Both the position numbers and the translations under genes were made by a program. The notes beneath the pieces were generated by a model. It was not told the DNA's origin. It was given only the letters and a program-made list of their open reading frames with translations, and made no database searches. 64,000 nucleotides of DNA from Octopus vulgaris (lineage: Eukaryota), in assembly GCA_951406725.2 (NCBI GenBank), contig OX597817.1:45260001-45324000 (forward strand). The letters run 5' to 3'. The stretch's first letter is position 1; the number at the start of each line of letters is the position of its first letter. Below are positions 13,130-26,659 of this stretch, piece after piece.

Positions 13130-15403
13130 TATTTACTTCTCCGAAATGTATACCTTACGAGGACAAATGTACTTCAACCTAATATTGAATTCTAGCATTT
13201 ATTTCGAAGTTCAATATCCACTTAGTGAAATTCAAGACATGTTCAAGTATAATGATGCTAGTTCTTGCTTTGCAATCAATGTAGTTTGTATATCAAATTT
13301 TGGAAGAAACCTCTCAAAATTGTATAGAGTTGATAACGTCAGAATAATGAAGATGAAAATATGGATTTTTAAGACTATATGCATCTTCACTAGAGACGAC
13401 TCATTGGAAAATATTTGAAAACTCCTGACCCTTTCGAGGTTGCCGAAGCAATATATAAGTATTCGATCAAAATCGTTGACCCCAGGTTTTACTCTACTGT
13501 CTTAGAAATGGTTACGGTATTTTGTTTAATGTACTCCGAGATGCTATATCCTAATATATGAAAGCATTATGAGAGAGAGAACCTTTGATATATCATCTCT
13601 CAATAAGGAGCGAACTTGTACTAAACAAATACGAAACAACTTTCTCATGCATCTGTATTTCAGATGCGTAACGTTATAAGCCATAAGTAGAGGTTAATTC
13701 TAACACTTCAGATCATTCAGGCCTATTTCCATTTGTGAAATTTATTAACTGATTTTGGTGATGCATGTAATGACTTCCTTTAAACTATACCATTTAAGGA
13801 TTCTTCATAAAATATTTCTAACGACTGCGCTCATTAAACATACACAGTAACTCGAGGGAGCTCGGAAAAGTATAAAATATTGTCGGCACTGTAATATTCT
13901 GTTGTATAATCTGTTGTTATATTCCGTTGTATTACTCGTATTAATATCTTTGACTCATCTATCGTGCTATCACTGATAACTCCGCAACACAATGAGTTTG
14001 AGGCATTTGTCGACCTTGACGGTAACTCGAACCCTACTATAACACGTAAGTGACACTGACTCCAACTGAGAACTCGTACAACGACTCTACTGCTACTGAC
14101 TTGCTACAACGACTTTATAGTGACTGTATCATACCAGTTTATCACGTGGGAGGAGGAGTACCATTTTCACTACAACATCTCCCCTTTTGGTTTTTCAGGG
14201 GAAAGAAGTAATTTTATTTTAATTTTATCCACCCGCTCCCATTTTACGTTTGTTTTTCCAACTTAATATTTTTTTTATTATTGGCGTCTATTTGTAGGAA
14301 TTCTGTGTTCTTCCTTTTTCATCTATTTGTGCGCGTGGATTCAACCACCTGTAACGGCGTTGGTACCTGGAATGTGTCATGCAGATATTCCATAGATTCT
14401 TCTAATCTGGTTCATTTTCAATGAATCACTTCAATTGTTTTCTGCGTCTTTTTTCAATACCTTTTCTGTTTTTAATTCCGTACATCATTTTTCCTATGTA
14501 CTTTGTATGCTTTCCTTCTTCCCAGTATTGTTTTCCATTTTATACGACCTTATATACACATTATCAGCAATTTCGAAAAATTTTAGATTGTCTTTCCTGG
14601 TACTTTTTTTCTTTCGTCACCTGTTAACGGTTTATCAAAAACTGATTTTACCTTCCTCACGAACATCTGTTCCGCTGGTGAGCTGGTTCGGTGTCCCACT
14701 GTCTACCCTTAGGAATTGCTGCAGAGCGACTTCGTCTGTGACTTCCTAATTTGCTTTTCTCTAAGCTCTTTTAAAAGTGTCTGCAGAATGCTCTACCTGT
14801 TCATTTGATCTGGGATAGTAAGGTGCTATCGTTTTATATCCTACCGTGAAAATTTTGCAGAATTTTCTAAATTCATTGGACACAAATTGTGTTCCATTAT
14901 CCGATATAATTACACCTGAGATGCCAAATCTTGCGAATAATTCTTGCAAAAAATTTATTACAGTTTCGGCGGTTGGCCTTTTACACTTAACAATTTCCGG
15001 CCATTTTGTAAAACTGTCAACTACTACTAAGTAGTATTAATCATTTAATGGACCCTCAAAATCGATATATAGTATTGACTACGGATTTTTTACTTCTAGC
15101 CAAGGCTCTCATTTTTGAGTAGATAATTTTGCCGCCAGAGCGCATTCTTTGCAGCCTTTTTGCTACGTTTTCAACTTCCTTGTCCATAAGCACTTTCATT
15201 CTTGCTATTTCCGGGTGTCCAATATGGAATTCTTTCAACATTGTTTTTTGTAAAGTTTCAGGTATCACTTCCCTTTGGCAATGCATCAGTACACCGTCAC
15301 CTGTTGAATATATGTTTACATGTTGCTGTTTTTTTTCTTACCGAAGCTATTTTCGTTTTCTTTAGCTGATTACATAGTTTTTTTTGTTTCATTAATGAAA
15401 TTA

Positions 15404-15569
15404 TAGGCGTAGGAGTCTGTGTGTGGCAAGTAGCTTGCTTACCGACCACATGGTTCCGGGTTCAGTCCCACTCCGTATCACCTTGGTGTCTTCTACTATA
15501 GCCTCGGGCCGACCACAGCCTTGTGAGTGGATTTGGTGGACGGAAACTGAAACAAGTCCGTCGTATATA

Positions 15570-15622
<53 letters not shown>

Positions 15623-15623
15623 G

Positions 15624-15662
<39 letters not shown>

Positions 15663-15880
15663 ATGTGTATATGTTTGTGTGTCTGTGTTTGTCACTCCAA
15701 CATCGCCTGGCAACCGATGCTGGTGTGCTTACGTCCCCGTAACTTACCGGTTCGGCAAAAATGACGGATAGGATAAGTACTAGGCTTACAATGAATAAGT
15801 CGAGGGGTCAATTTGCTCGACTAAAGGCAGTGCACCAGCATGGCCACAGCCAAATGACTGAAACAAGTAAAAGAGAGAGT
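15404..15880 (+). mobile_element. SINE family A nested in Gypsy pol
   Basis: Full head-to-tail match to family A; interrupts the pol region. Confidence 0.9.
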
Positions 15881-16521
15881 TATCTTTTGATGCGTGTCTC
15901 TTTATCTCCTGCAGAGTTATTGGTAACTCTCTTACAATGTTCTACATTATGTGCTTAATTTCGCCTTTGGCTCTTAGGGCTGCTGTTACTGTGTCCTCCA
16001 ACGGATCACCAGTTCTGGGCATTAGTCTATATAAGCCGTCAGCATGTCCAAGACTTTTTGAGAGGAACTATTCCATTGCATAGTCGTAATTTAGTAGTAT
16101 GTTACCTCATCGCTGCAACCTGTTTATTGCATTTACTGGAATTCCTTTCTTGGATTCATAAACCGTTAGCAACGGGTGATGGTCTCTTTGAAGTGTAAAC
16201 CTACAAACATGAATAAACCTGTGGAACCATTTCATGCCGAATATAATCGCCAATGCCTATTTTTAAAATTTGGCTATGATTGTATATGACAAGTCTGAAG
16301 TTAACATGCTTTTCAGTTCCTCAAATGTTTCTGGCATTTTTTCTGACCAAAACCACTTGGCATCCGTTTTTAGCAGCTCATTTATTGGAGGCCTTGACTT
16401 GTGTATGTTTGGGATATATACTTGATACTAGTTTACCAAGCCTAAAAATGCTTGTAAAAATTCGACGTTCGTTGGGACAGAAATATTTCGTATTGCCGTC
16501 GCCTTTGATGGGTCTGGTCTT

Positions 16522-17205
16522 ATAATAATAATAATAATAAACATTGTGTACAGTGCTCAGGTGCACTACAACTCATCGAAAGTGTATATATAATCAGGTG
16601 TAGTTTCGACGGTTTTCGGAAAGCATGAGGGCCTTAAATGATGCAGTGTCATGGTAGTCAACAACTGACGCGGGCAGTTTATTCCATGCTTCAGCAACTC
16701 TGAGTGTGAAGAAATGTTTCCGAAAGTCATGGGAGCTGTGTTGTTTTCTGACTTTGTAGGCATGTCCACGTGTGTTAGACACATGGAGATCAAAAAGGTG
16801 TTCAGTGTTGTTATTGGTGAGGTGGTTGACAACTTTGTGGGTGTTTACCAAGTCCGTCGCCAGACGCCGGAGCTTCAGTGAATCCATACCCAGGGAAACA
16901 AGGCGCTCAGAATATGGTAGGTGTCTGATGGAGGGTATGCGTTTGGTTGCACGTCTCTGAACAGATTCCAGGAGGTCAATGTTCTGAGCAAGATAGGGGT
17001 TCCAAACTGATGATGCGAATTCCAAGTGTGGTCGTACCATGGCTGTATACAGTTTTAAATAGATGGCTGGAGAGCGGCTAACAAAAGTCTTGCTGAGTGA
17101 TGCCAAGACACCCTCGGCCTTCTTGACAATTTTAGAGATATGCTTTGTCCAACGCAAATCACTGCTGACAGTGATGCCTAGGTCACGCTCGCAAGAGGAT
17201 TTCTT
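16522..17205 (-). mobile_element. 5'-truncated CR1/L2-group LINE (ORF2 C-terminus) with (TTA)n tail
   Basis: ORF 16594-17157: LYTAMVRPHLEFASSVWNPY..LESVQRRATK..TRGH..FFTLRVAEAWNKLP; tail at 16522-16540. Confidence 0.92.
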
Positions 17206-17261
17206 AGGTCAATTACTTGACCTAAGTATTTGATGTTTTCTCCAGAATTCGCCTTTGTCTT

Positions 17262-17466
17262 ATATAGGCACAAGGCCTACAATATTGTGGGGAGGGTCAA
17301 ATCAATTACATCAATGTTAGTGACAAACTGATGTTTATTTTATCGAACTCGAATGGAAGCAAAGGGAATCGATCAGGGCAGAATGTGAAGCTTAAACGTA
17401 AACATGGATGAAATGCTGCTAAGCATTTTGTTCGGCTTGCAAACGATTCTGCCCGCTCACCACCTT
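17262..17466 (-). mobile_element. Old diverged SINE family B copy (tail type 2)
   Basis: GCACAAGGCC..GGGGAGGG..TTTTATCGA..GCTAAGCATTTTG..AACGATTCTGCCCGCTCACCACC. Confidence 0.7.
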
Positions 17467-19486
17467 CGTTCTATGAAAATAATGACTGTGCTCTTGTTCG
17501 TATGATACCTAAGATGAGTGGCACATGTGTGGGACTGTTTTAGAAAGATGCCGTATTTATATTGCTCACTCTGAATGAGAGAGCATGTTGTTTCACATCT
17601 TCTGACGAGGGATTGGAGTATATAGGGATTGGAGTATGTAGGGATTGGAGTATGTAAGTATGGCTTTTGGATGCAATCTACATTATTTTCTACGAGGAGC
17701 AAAACCTTTTAAATGGGATCAGAATTCAGTTGTGTGTTTCACTTAAATGTTGATACCTTCGAAGGTATCTTTAAAGTAAAAAAAAAAGCCAAGTGTCTAC
17801 AATATAAATTGTACTATATTACGAAATGATATACCCAGGAGTGATGATCAGTGACTTTTAAGTTTAACATCAGCAGCGAGACTGAAAGCGTTAAATGTGA
17901 CTTGTACGATATTTGAAAAGGCTGTTTAGGATAATGTTACATTAACGTGTAACAGACCTTTACACTCTTGAAGCAGAAATGTTTCATGATTCTATTGGAG
18001 AATGTTTTCAAGCTACAGTTAATACCTACATGAGGAATGTGACGTGACGCTTCTTGGTTGCATGTACTTAACAGCTGTATTCAGAGAATCTGGTAAATGT
18101 GAAATTCATTATCATCCATATGTAAATTACTACTAATGCAACATATAGTACGTGTCTATAAACGTTTTACGCAGCAGGAATCCTTCAAAGTCTTTAAACA
18201 CCTACAGCACTGATTAATGTTGTTGATGCCCAGTTTGTAAGACGTCAGCGACTAAAGTGAAAAGTAAGGCAGAAAACACAAAACATTTGTTATATATAGA
18301 CATAACAGTCTTATGTGATTCAACAGGGTAAAGGCATAGTTATTGTACAGAATAGATAGAAATAAATATAAAGAAGTAAGTGGAGAGTATGGTGAACATA
18401 ACCGATACTTGTGGGATATCGCTCACCATACTATATAGAAACTGACTTAGAGAGGATGTATCTGAGTAACGCGATAATTTGATCTCTGAGAACGAACCAG
18501 TATGGATACAAAACCATTTTTCTACAGTGATTACAATCGTGTGCACATTTTAGCAGAAGGATGTAAGGCGTTGGCGATTATAAAAACAGAGACTTTTATA
18601 TCATCCATTACACACGGTTAGAAGCAGTGGGATGTACAAAATCACTCGACGAAAATCAAAAAGTTATATCCGAAACTGAATATTTGTATGTCTTTCTACT
18701 GTCCTTCTTATAATTGAAATCAGAATTTAATGGTGACAAATTTTATGCAAACGAAAATAATTATTTAACGATGTAGTTCTTCCGCAACTACCATCAGACT
18801 TACGTAATTGATAGCGGATTTATTTACAGATACATGAAAAAGCAGACACAACGCATTGCAATAACACCAAGTATATTGCTGCTCCTTATCGATTAACCGA
18901 AATTTATACGTGGCTGCTGGTGTAAATTTAGGAAATCTTGATAATGAAAATGATACTTGTTTTCTGCCTTCATTTCTCTGAAAATTTTCATTTATTCTTC
19001 ATCTTAAAGCTAATTTGTCTCTCCATACTAGAACAACTAATACGTTTGTTTTTTTTTTCAAATATAAAATTTTGTTGGATTTGTTGTTTTGTATGACGTT
19101 CACTTGATTTTCGATAGCTAACTTAATTATCTTCATAGTTTCATGATTTTCTCAGACATTTTAATAAGTCTGTCTGAAATACATAAATAAAGAAAAAAAT
19201 GTAATGATTTCATTTCTTTTATTTTTTTAACTTCCAAAATTTTAGTGGAAACTCAATGATATGTTATATGGAATTAAAGTTAATCAATAAAAAAGTAAGA
19301 TACAAAAGTAAGATACGATCGTGTACACATTTCGACTGAAGGACGGAAGGCGTTGGTGATTATAAAAAACTGAAGCTTTAACACGACTTGGTTTTCCTGT
19401 TAGAAAAGTTTACTAATGACTCTAATACTTCAGAAAAGACTTAGGCAACTGGTCGTATATCTTACAAGCATATCTCTGTGGGTTGT

Positions 19487-19914
19487 CGGATCTTTTCAGT
19501 TTGAATGGCAGTTTTTTCTAGCGGTGTTATATGAAATTGTCACCCATAATTATGACCCTAGAATCTATCTATTGCATTTCAATCTGTTTTAGGCTTAGGG
19601 TTAGAGTTAGGGTTAGGTGTGGGGGAGGGTATCTTTTTTTTCTTCTGAAATGTAAATAAACCCCATCTGTTTCTTAAACGAGGGACATATTCATACGGCA
19701 CAGAATGTTTTCACCTTAACAGACGTCATTGATTGGTTGAAATTGCAGAAATTGAAGAAAAAACAACAAATATCTTACAAACTATAGAATTTTCTCAATA
19801 AAGCCAAGAGAAAAAGATGTTTTATAAGCACATTCTACCAGTATGTGAAGTTTTAAAGTGTTTAGTTACGAGGAAATTATTTTAAAACACTGCCGGTCAA
19901 ACCGAAAAGATCCG
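19487..19914. mobile_element. MITE with about 26-bp TIRs and internal TTAGGG-like repeats
   Basis: CGGATCTTTTCAGTTTGAATGGCAGT / ACTGCCGGTCAAACCGAAAAGATCCG; flanks GGTTGT and GGTTTT; TTAGGCTTAGGGTTAGAGTTAGGGTTAGGT at 19589-19618. Confidence 0.85.
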
Positions 19915-21282
19915 GGTTTTCAAAAGCCACAAAAAACACTTCCATTACCGCAGACTTCGATAGTCATATTTACTGCAGTACTAACCAACTAAACAAATGC
20001 GCCAATTGCGATACTTCAATGTTCTTGCGTCAGAGTCTAAATTCGCATTGATATTCTTTCATATGTCTACACAGAGGGTGCAATTCAGAATGAACTGGTT
20101 CGTCAGTAACAAAACCAAATTACATTGAAAATACATAAAGCATTGATCTCGCCGTTACTTCCACACTGCTGCATCGCATCGAATTTCTGTGTTGCTATAA
20201 GTAAGGTTTTAATGCTAAATCAATTGCTGTAATTATTGCAAAACACTATAAGGTTCCACAATACTATAATTGTTAAATACTGTTATTCCGTCAACTGTAA
20301 ATCGAAGTAGTGTCACGAGCAGCTAACTCAGAAATTTAATAAAATTTACTTATTTACTTAATCATCGTTTAGTTCAGATTATTTGTATGAAGTAGCAATT
20401 ATGGTAATTAATTGTAATTCTGTTTAAGTTGGCGTATTTAAGTGGAAACTTTTGGGCGTTGCGATTGAGATTATTATTGTAGATTACACGAGCAGAGGGT
20501 TATTTTATGTCTGTTGCAGATACCAAACATAATTTAACCGAAATAATTACACATATAATATCTGTAGAAGGTATAAAATGTCGCTAAAATGATACACTAA
20601 AGGAAATTTACTGTAAATTAAAAATTAAACAGAAACGTCAAGGTTTAATAGGCCCAAGTTTCAGTTTGTGATATCTCGAGTGATTCCTAATTAGAATCAG
20701 TTACCATGTTCCGTTGAATGTTTCATTACAATGAAAGAAGCGATTCGACAAATAGGTGAATAAAAGAATTATTATACAATGGTTATCTGCGAAGACATCT
20801 GTGTAATTTTTCAAGCAAAAGTTATTGGCCTGGTAAATATTAAACGCTAAGTGCATTGTTTTTGATCCCGAACGATTTCACTAATCAGCTTTGATCATCA
20901 AAACGTAACAAATTAGAAACCAATCATTTAATCTGAGGATATTTTTCTCTTCCAAATCGATGCAGTAGTTAAATATCGGAAATATTGAAGCCATTATGAA
21001 ATTCTTTGAAGGTCAGCTATATCACTATAACTAACAGACAACCCATCTATTTCCTATCAATATACCTTTCTCATTTCCTCTGCTATTTATTCCAGTTCCT
21101 TCATATGTCTCTCTATTTCTATGTGTTAGTCTTCTCCCTCACGCTGTCAGTCTTTGCGATACATTTTGCACGCATACCCAAACGTGTCTTTTCGCAAAAG
21201 TTCGCAAATGTTTCTCATTCTCTTTTATTTTGGGCCTTTCGGCAAAAACAGTCTCTTTCTTTCCTTGCAATTTCATTTCTAA

Positions 21283-22180
21283 ATATCATCATCATCATCA
21301 TCATCATCATCTTCTTCTTCTTCTTCTTCTTTTCCGTCCACTTCCTCCTCCTCCGCCTCCTCCGCCTCCTCCTCCGCCTCCTTCTCCGCCTCTTCCTCCT
21401 CCTCTTCCTCCCCGCCTCCTCCTCCTCCGCCTCATCCTCCGCCTCCTCCGCCTCCTCCTCCGCCTCCTCCTCCTCCTTCTTCTTCTTCTTCTTCTTCTTC
21501 TTCTTCTTCTTCTTCTTCTTCTTCTCCTTCTTCTTCTTCTTCCTCCCGTTCTCCTCTTTTTCCTGTTCTACTCTTTTCCTGTTCTACTCTTTTTCTTGTT
21601 CTACCCTTTTCCTTCCTCTTCTTTTTCTTCCACTTCTTTTCTTCCACTTCTTTTTCTTCCTCTTCTTTTTGTTTCTCTTCTTTTTCTTCCACTTCTTTTT
21701 CTTCCTCTTCTTTTTCTTCCTCTTCTTTTTCTTTCGCTTCTTTTTCTTCCTCATCTACTTTTAGTTTTTCTTTTCCTCTACTTCCCCTTATTGATCTCCT
21801 TATTTCTTCCTCTTCTTTTTTTTCCTTTTCATGTTGTTATTGTTGTTGTTGTTCTTCTTCTTCTTCTTCCCGTCTTCCTGTTCTTCTCTCATTTTTGTTT
21901 TTCTCTTCTTCTTCCCTCTTCTTTTTTCTTCCCCTTCCTCTTCTTTATCTCCGTTTTCTACCTCTTCTTTTTTCCCCTTGTTTTTTCTTCCTCTTCTTTT
22001 TCTTCTCCTTCTTCTTCTCTCTCCTTTCCTTCTTCTCCTTCTCCTTCTCCCCCTTTGACTTATCCTTCCCCTCCGCTCCTCATCTCCCCTCCTCCCCTTC
22101 CTCCCTTCTCTCCCTCCGTTCTCTCCTCCTCCTCTACTCCCCTCCTCCATCCCTTCCTTCCTCCCTCCCCTCCTTTTTTC
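21283..22180. repeat. About 900-bp polypyrimidine low-complexity tract (CAT/CTT/CCT compound repeat)
   Basis: Direct reading; plus strand is almost entirely C/T. Confidence 0.95.
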
Positions 22181-22597
22181 ACATTCTTCTGTATGTTTCA
22201 TACGACTGTTCCAGTAATCATATTTTCATCATCACTACTATTCTTACAAAAAACAACTAAACAAAACAAACAAGAACACAAATGAGAAAAAACCCTCACA
22301 TCTCGTCTTCTCTACCATTCACTCAGAAACTGCGTTACTCTGTTTTATTCTCTATAATAAAACATGTAATTACATATATCTGGCGTTGAGCGATAACGAG
22401 TTGTTAGGACGAAAACAAATTGAAAATGTAATTTATTGCAATAAATTTATGTATCTTCATCAGATAAAAAAATATTATTAACAGTCTTTGATAAGTCATT
22501 GCAATAATTTATTGGTGTAGCAATCTCTTTCTCTATCTCCCTCTGTCTCTCTTTCCCCTTCACTTTTTCACTATCACCCATTGTCGTCTATGTATGT

Positions 22598-22599
<2 letters not shown>

Positions 22600-22657
<58 letters not shown>

Positions 22658-22671
22658 ATATGTATATGTGG

Positions 22672-22702
<31 letters not shown>

Positions 22703-22878
22703 TGTGTATGTATATATATATATGTGTATATATATAAATATATGTATATATATATATATATATGTATATATATTTATATATGTATATATATATGGACATG
22801 TATATGTATGTATATATATATATATATATAAATATATGTGTATGTATATATATATGTGTATATATATAAATATATGTG

Positions 22879-22911
<33 letters not shown>

Positions 22912-22912
22912 T
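22600..22912. repeat. Compound (TA)n/(TG)n microsatellite
   Basis: Direct reading. Confidence 0.95.
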
Positions 22913-23384
22913 TGTCTTTATACATGCGTATATTTATACGTATTCTTTTATGGGTAGACTCGTTGGAGACGTACGCAATTAAAATTCTAGCAAGCCGACC
23001 TCGAAGTCTGGTACAAAATGAAAGTGACGCAGTGAATATCACTTTAAAGTCAATAAATGTGTAAAGTTGATTGTTTTTAAATATATCTTTCTTTCCGTAA
23101 GTTTATTAAGCATATTTATTCGACGTATCTGTACTTTACTCTCCTTTCTTGGCAAAACAACATGAAAGGCAACATTATTCGGGGTATCTAAAAATTTGTA
23201 ATCTTTTCAAAATTTCTACTCTAAAGTACAGAAATTCTTTTATGCCCAGAAATGGTGAACCGTTGGAGGACATAGTATTAGCAGCCGTAAGAGATCTCGT
23301 ATAACTTTCGTACAATGTGGGAACATTGTACGAGAGTTACCACTAAATCTGGAGGAGATAAAGCGGCACGTGTCAAAAGATAAC

Positions 23385-23601
23385 TCTCTCTTTTACTCTT
23401 TAACATGTTACAGTCATTTGATTGCGGCCATCCTGGAGCACTGCCTTTAGTCGAGCAAATCGACCCCGGGATTTATTCTTTGTAATCCTATTAGTCCTTC
23501 TATGGGTCTCTCTTAACGAACTGCTAAGTTACAGGACGTAAACACACCAGCATGGGTTGTCAAGCGATATTGGAGTGGGGGATAAACGTAGACACACAAA
23601 C

Positions 23602-23639
<38 letters not shown>

Positions 23640-23797
23640 CGGGCGTCTTTCAGTTTCTACGAAATCCAATCACAAGGTTTTAGTCGGCCCGAGGCAATAG
23701 TAGAAGACACTTGCCCAAGGTTCCCCACAGTGGGACTGAACTCGGAACCATGTGGTTGGTAAGCAAACTACTTACCACACAGCCACACCTGCGCCTA
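23385..23797 (-). mobile_element. SINE family A
   Basis: Ends in CTTACCACACAGCCACACCTGCGCCTAT; body matches other copies. Confidence 0.9.
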
Positions 23798-24044
23798 TAT
23801 AGATTTGCAAAATATAATTTTCCATTTGATCATGCCTAAGGTTGTGATGAGACATGAACTCTGTTGTTTAGAAACTAAATTCCTGAACGTTAAGATAATT
23901 TTAGCGCATCCTATTATATATTTATGGAATATAGTACAAAACAATAACTTAACGTTTCAGTATAAAATGTAAACATGAAATATATTTGCTATATTATTCA
24001 ATCTTAGTGGAGGCACATGGCCAAGTGGTTAAAGAAGCGGACTC

Positions 24045-24445
24045 ATTTTGGGATGAGAATGGTAGATGGGGTCGCATTGGCGCCAGAATTTACACTGGGG
24101 GTACAATGGGGTGGGGAATGGTGTGAGGAGAGTTGCGAGTCTCCCGGGGCTACCGTTTGTTTGCCATGGTGAGGAATAAGGGAAAAATTGAGTTTTATGG
24201 GCTAGACAGTTTGCGCTGTTTGAATAATGGGGGCTTTTCATGTTGCTGCTGGGGCTTGAGGCGGTTATCTTTAATGGTGGATGTAAAACTGTGGGGGGAA
24301 TTTTGGAAAGGGGGGGGGTAAATAAGAGGGCAATAAAAAGAACCAGAGAAAAAATGACGAACAAAAGAAGAAAGGGAAAAGGAGACAACACGCACAAAAC
24401 AACACCACCACCAAAACACGAGCGAAGCGCGGGTCAAAATAGTTT
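24045..24445 (+). mobile_element. G-rich repeat with Helitron-like 3' end, following a truncated SINE head at 24010-24045
   Basis: Ends in CACGAGCGAAGCGCGGGTCAAAATAGT, resembling the GCGAAGCGCGGG..CTAGT ends of non-autonomous Helitrons. Confidence 0.35.
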
Positions 24446-26598
24446 GTCGAAATATATAATGGAGATATACCTATTTTAATCGAGAAAGCTCGGTCATTTT
24501 ATTCCTTAGTATTCATAAATATCTTATGCTGTTTTCATCATTTGACATATAAGTTCGGAAATATACATTTGCCAGCTTGGCTAATATCGGAAATATGGCA
24601 TATGTATACACACAATAATTATAGCTTACTTTTATTAAATTTGTTGGCGCTATAAAAACTAATGATATAAATATTACTTTACAAAGAAAAATATTTGTTA
24701 TCTTAAAATAAAATATTAAATAAAATAAATTTCCAATTTGTAAATTTGCAATAAATATTTGTAATTATGATTCTAAATTTTATAAATATGGTCGCTGTCT
24801 ACTCCATCGAAAAATATCTCTGTCAAATGTCATTCAAATTTATGTTTGAATGACATTTGAGAGAGGTATTTCATTTTTACAAACGTTTATCATTACTTGC
24901 CACAAAACCTCGCGTGTGCACTCATCCTAAGGCACTTCAATTAAGTCTCTCTATACTCACTTTTATCGAACCCCTCCTCTCTACATACAACGTTACGCGC
25001 GACTATAAAATCAACCAGTCAACTAACGAAATAACCAAAATTTGTATCAGCTATTATCATATGATACAAGAATATATGTTACTTAGATATACCGCCATAC
25101 AATATACTCACATGATTTTCAGCCATCTTCTAAGTAATAGATGAAAGATGCTAAACTCCAAAAACTAAATATTTGGAGCAAAGCTATACTTTGAACGAAC
25201 CTTTGTGTGTAATTCTCAGTAATTTTTCAAGAAAAGTTATTGTTCTATAACGTAGTTCCTAGCTAACATATCTCTGATTTAAAATGCGTCATACGTTGAA
25301 GTAGATATGATGTTAGTAGTTGAGATATATGGACACCTTCATATAATATTTTGTGCTGCACATTTAAATTATAATCTAGTGAGGTTTTACTATTGTACAG
25401 TAATTTGTTAAAAGATATTTTCTCAGAAAATCAGTTTCAATTTTTGTTGTTTGATGCATAGGCAAAAAATACCGATCTTGGAAATACTATTTTGCAAGAA
25501 GCAGTTCATGTAAACTAGAGACAAGAATAATGGTAGGAGTTTCTTTTGTTATGGAGGTTTTCCCGTATTCTTACATCTACCTAAACTGAAGTTTCTTATT
25601 AGAGGTAATAGCGAGAAATGTCTGTTAAATATCTCTGAAAATTTTCTCATATCCTAAATGATCCTTCCTCCAGACAATATGATTCCTCCCTCTTTAAATA
25701 GTCTGGATGCAGCCCACAGAAATCAAACCGTCTACGGCGTAGTAAATCAAGTAATTGATCGAAATTGCTTGGGGTTCTATAGTTTTCTCGTCGAAACTAA
25801 TGTAGAATGATGTGTAATTTTGCGAGATGAATGAGAGTCAATTGTGAAATTATTCTGGGTCATATAACTATTTCTATGTAAATAGGACGTGTCATCCAAA
25901 GAAGGATTAACAAATTCGCTCGCTCTGTTTATAAGAACAGTATCCAAATATTTCTTCAACTGTAATCAGGTGCTAAAATGCAAAAAACAATTACATATTG
26001 ATTTTAGATTTCAGACGACATTGAAAGTGAGCATAGTTAAATAAAGTATCCAATGAATTATACTCTGTATTTGAGGGACATTTCACAGAACGAAAAATAT
26101 TAAGAGATACTATTTAAGACAACGGACGATTCTCATTTTATTTTCATTTTGATTAGTTATTTCACTTTCAGTAAAAATAAAGTATTACATGATTTTAAAA
26201 TTCCTCTCTGCTAAGCACTTCATACTTCTCTGCTTCTCTCTACCGCTTCAACAAACATTTTAACCATGTAATTCCCATCTTCATATCTTTAACATTTCTC
26301 TCTTTTTTTCACCTCTCACGTCCACTAAAAACCTGAGTGAGAGCATAATGCATCAGCTGGCTATCTGCCCACTCGCTGTCCTCTCTCTCACTTTCAACCC
26401 TCTCATTTCAAACAGGCTGAAGCGTAAAGTGTGAAGGAAATGTTAGAAGAATAATATCATTATCTAGTTCAATAAAAAAAATAATTTTCACTATCAAGAT
26501 CCCACCACCACCACCATCATTATCGTCATCATTATATTCCGTAACAAATCTCACTTCACTTCATTTCTATCCATCTATCTGACAATTCAAACGCTATC

Positions 26599-26659
<61 letters not shown>

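Larger units (their letters stand above)
13885..17240 (-). mobile_element. Decayed Ty3/Gypsy LTR retrotransposon (end of RT, RNase H, integrase, PPT, 3' LTR)
   Basis: Integrase VVVDSFTKWPE..FARFG..SDNGTQF..YPRSN (14761-15050); HIGHPEI zinc-binding motif (about 15215-15235); RNase H NRLQR..GHADGL (about 16030-16130); RT end RPDPSK (about 16510) and IKYLGQVID (about 17210-17235); PPT AAAAGGGGAGA (14178-14188) abutting LTR start TGTTGTAG at 14177; left LTR boundary approximate. Confidence 0.9.

Noticed and set aside
19589-19618. True telomere or chromosome-fusion relic
   Set aside because: Only five degenerate units, located inside a TIR-bounded element
21006-22285. Long ORFs of 252 and 351 aa (poly-F/L/P/S)
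   Set aside because: Stop-free only because they cross a C/T trinucleotide tract; no domain
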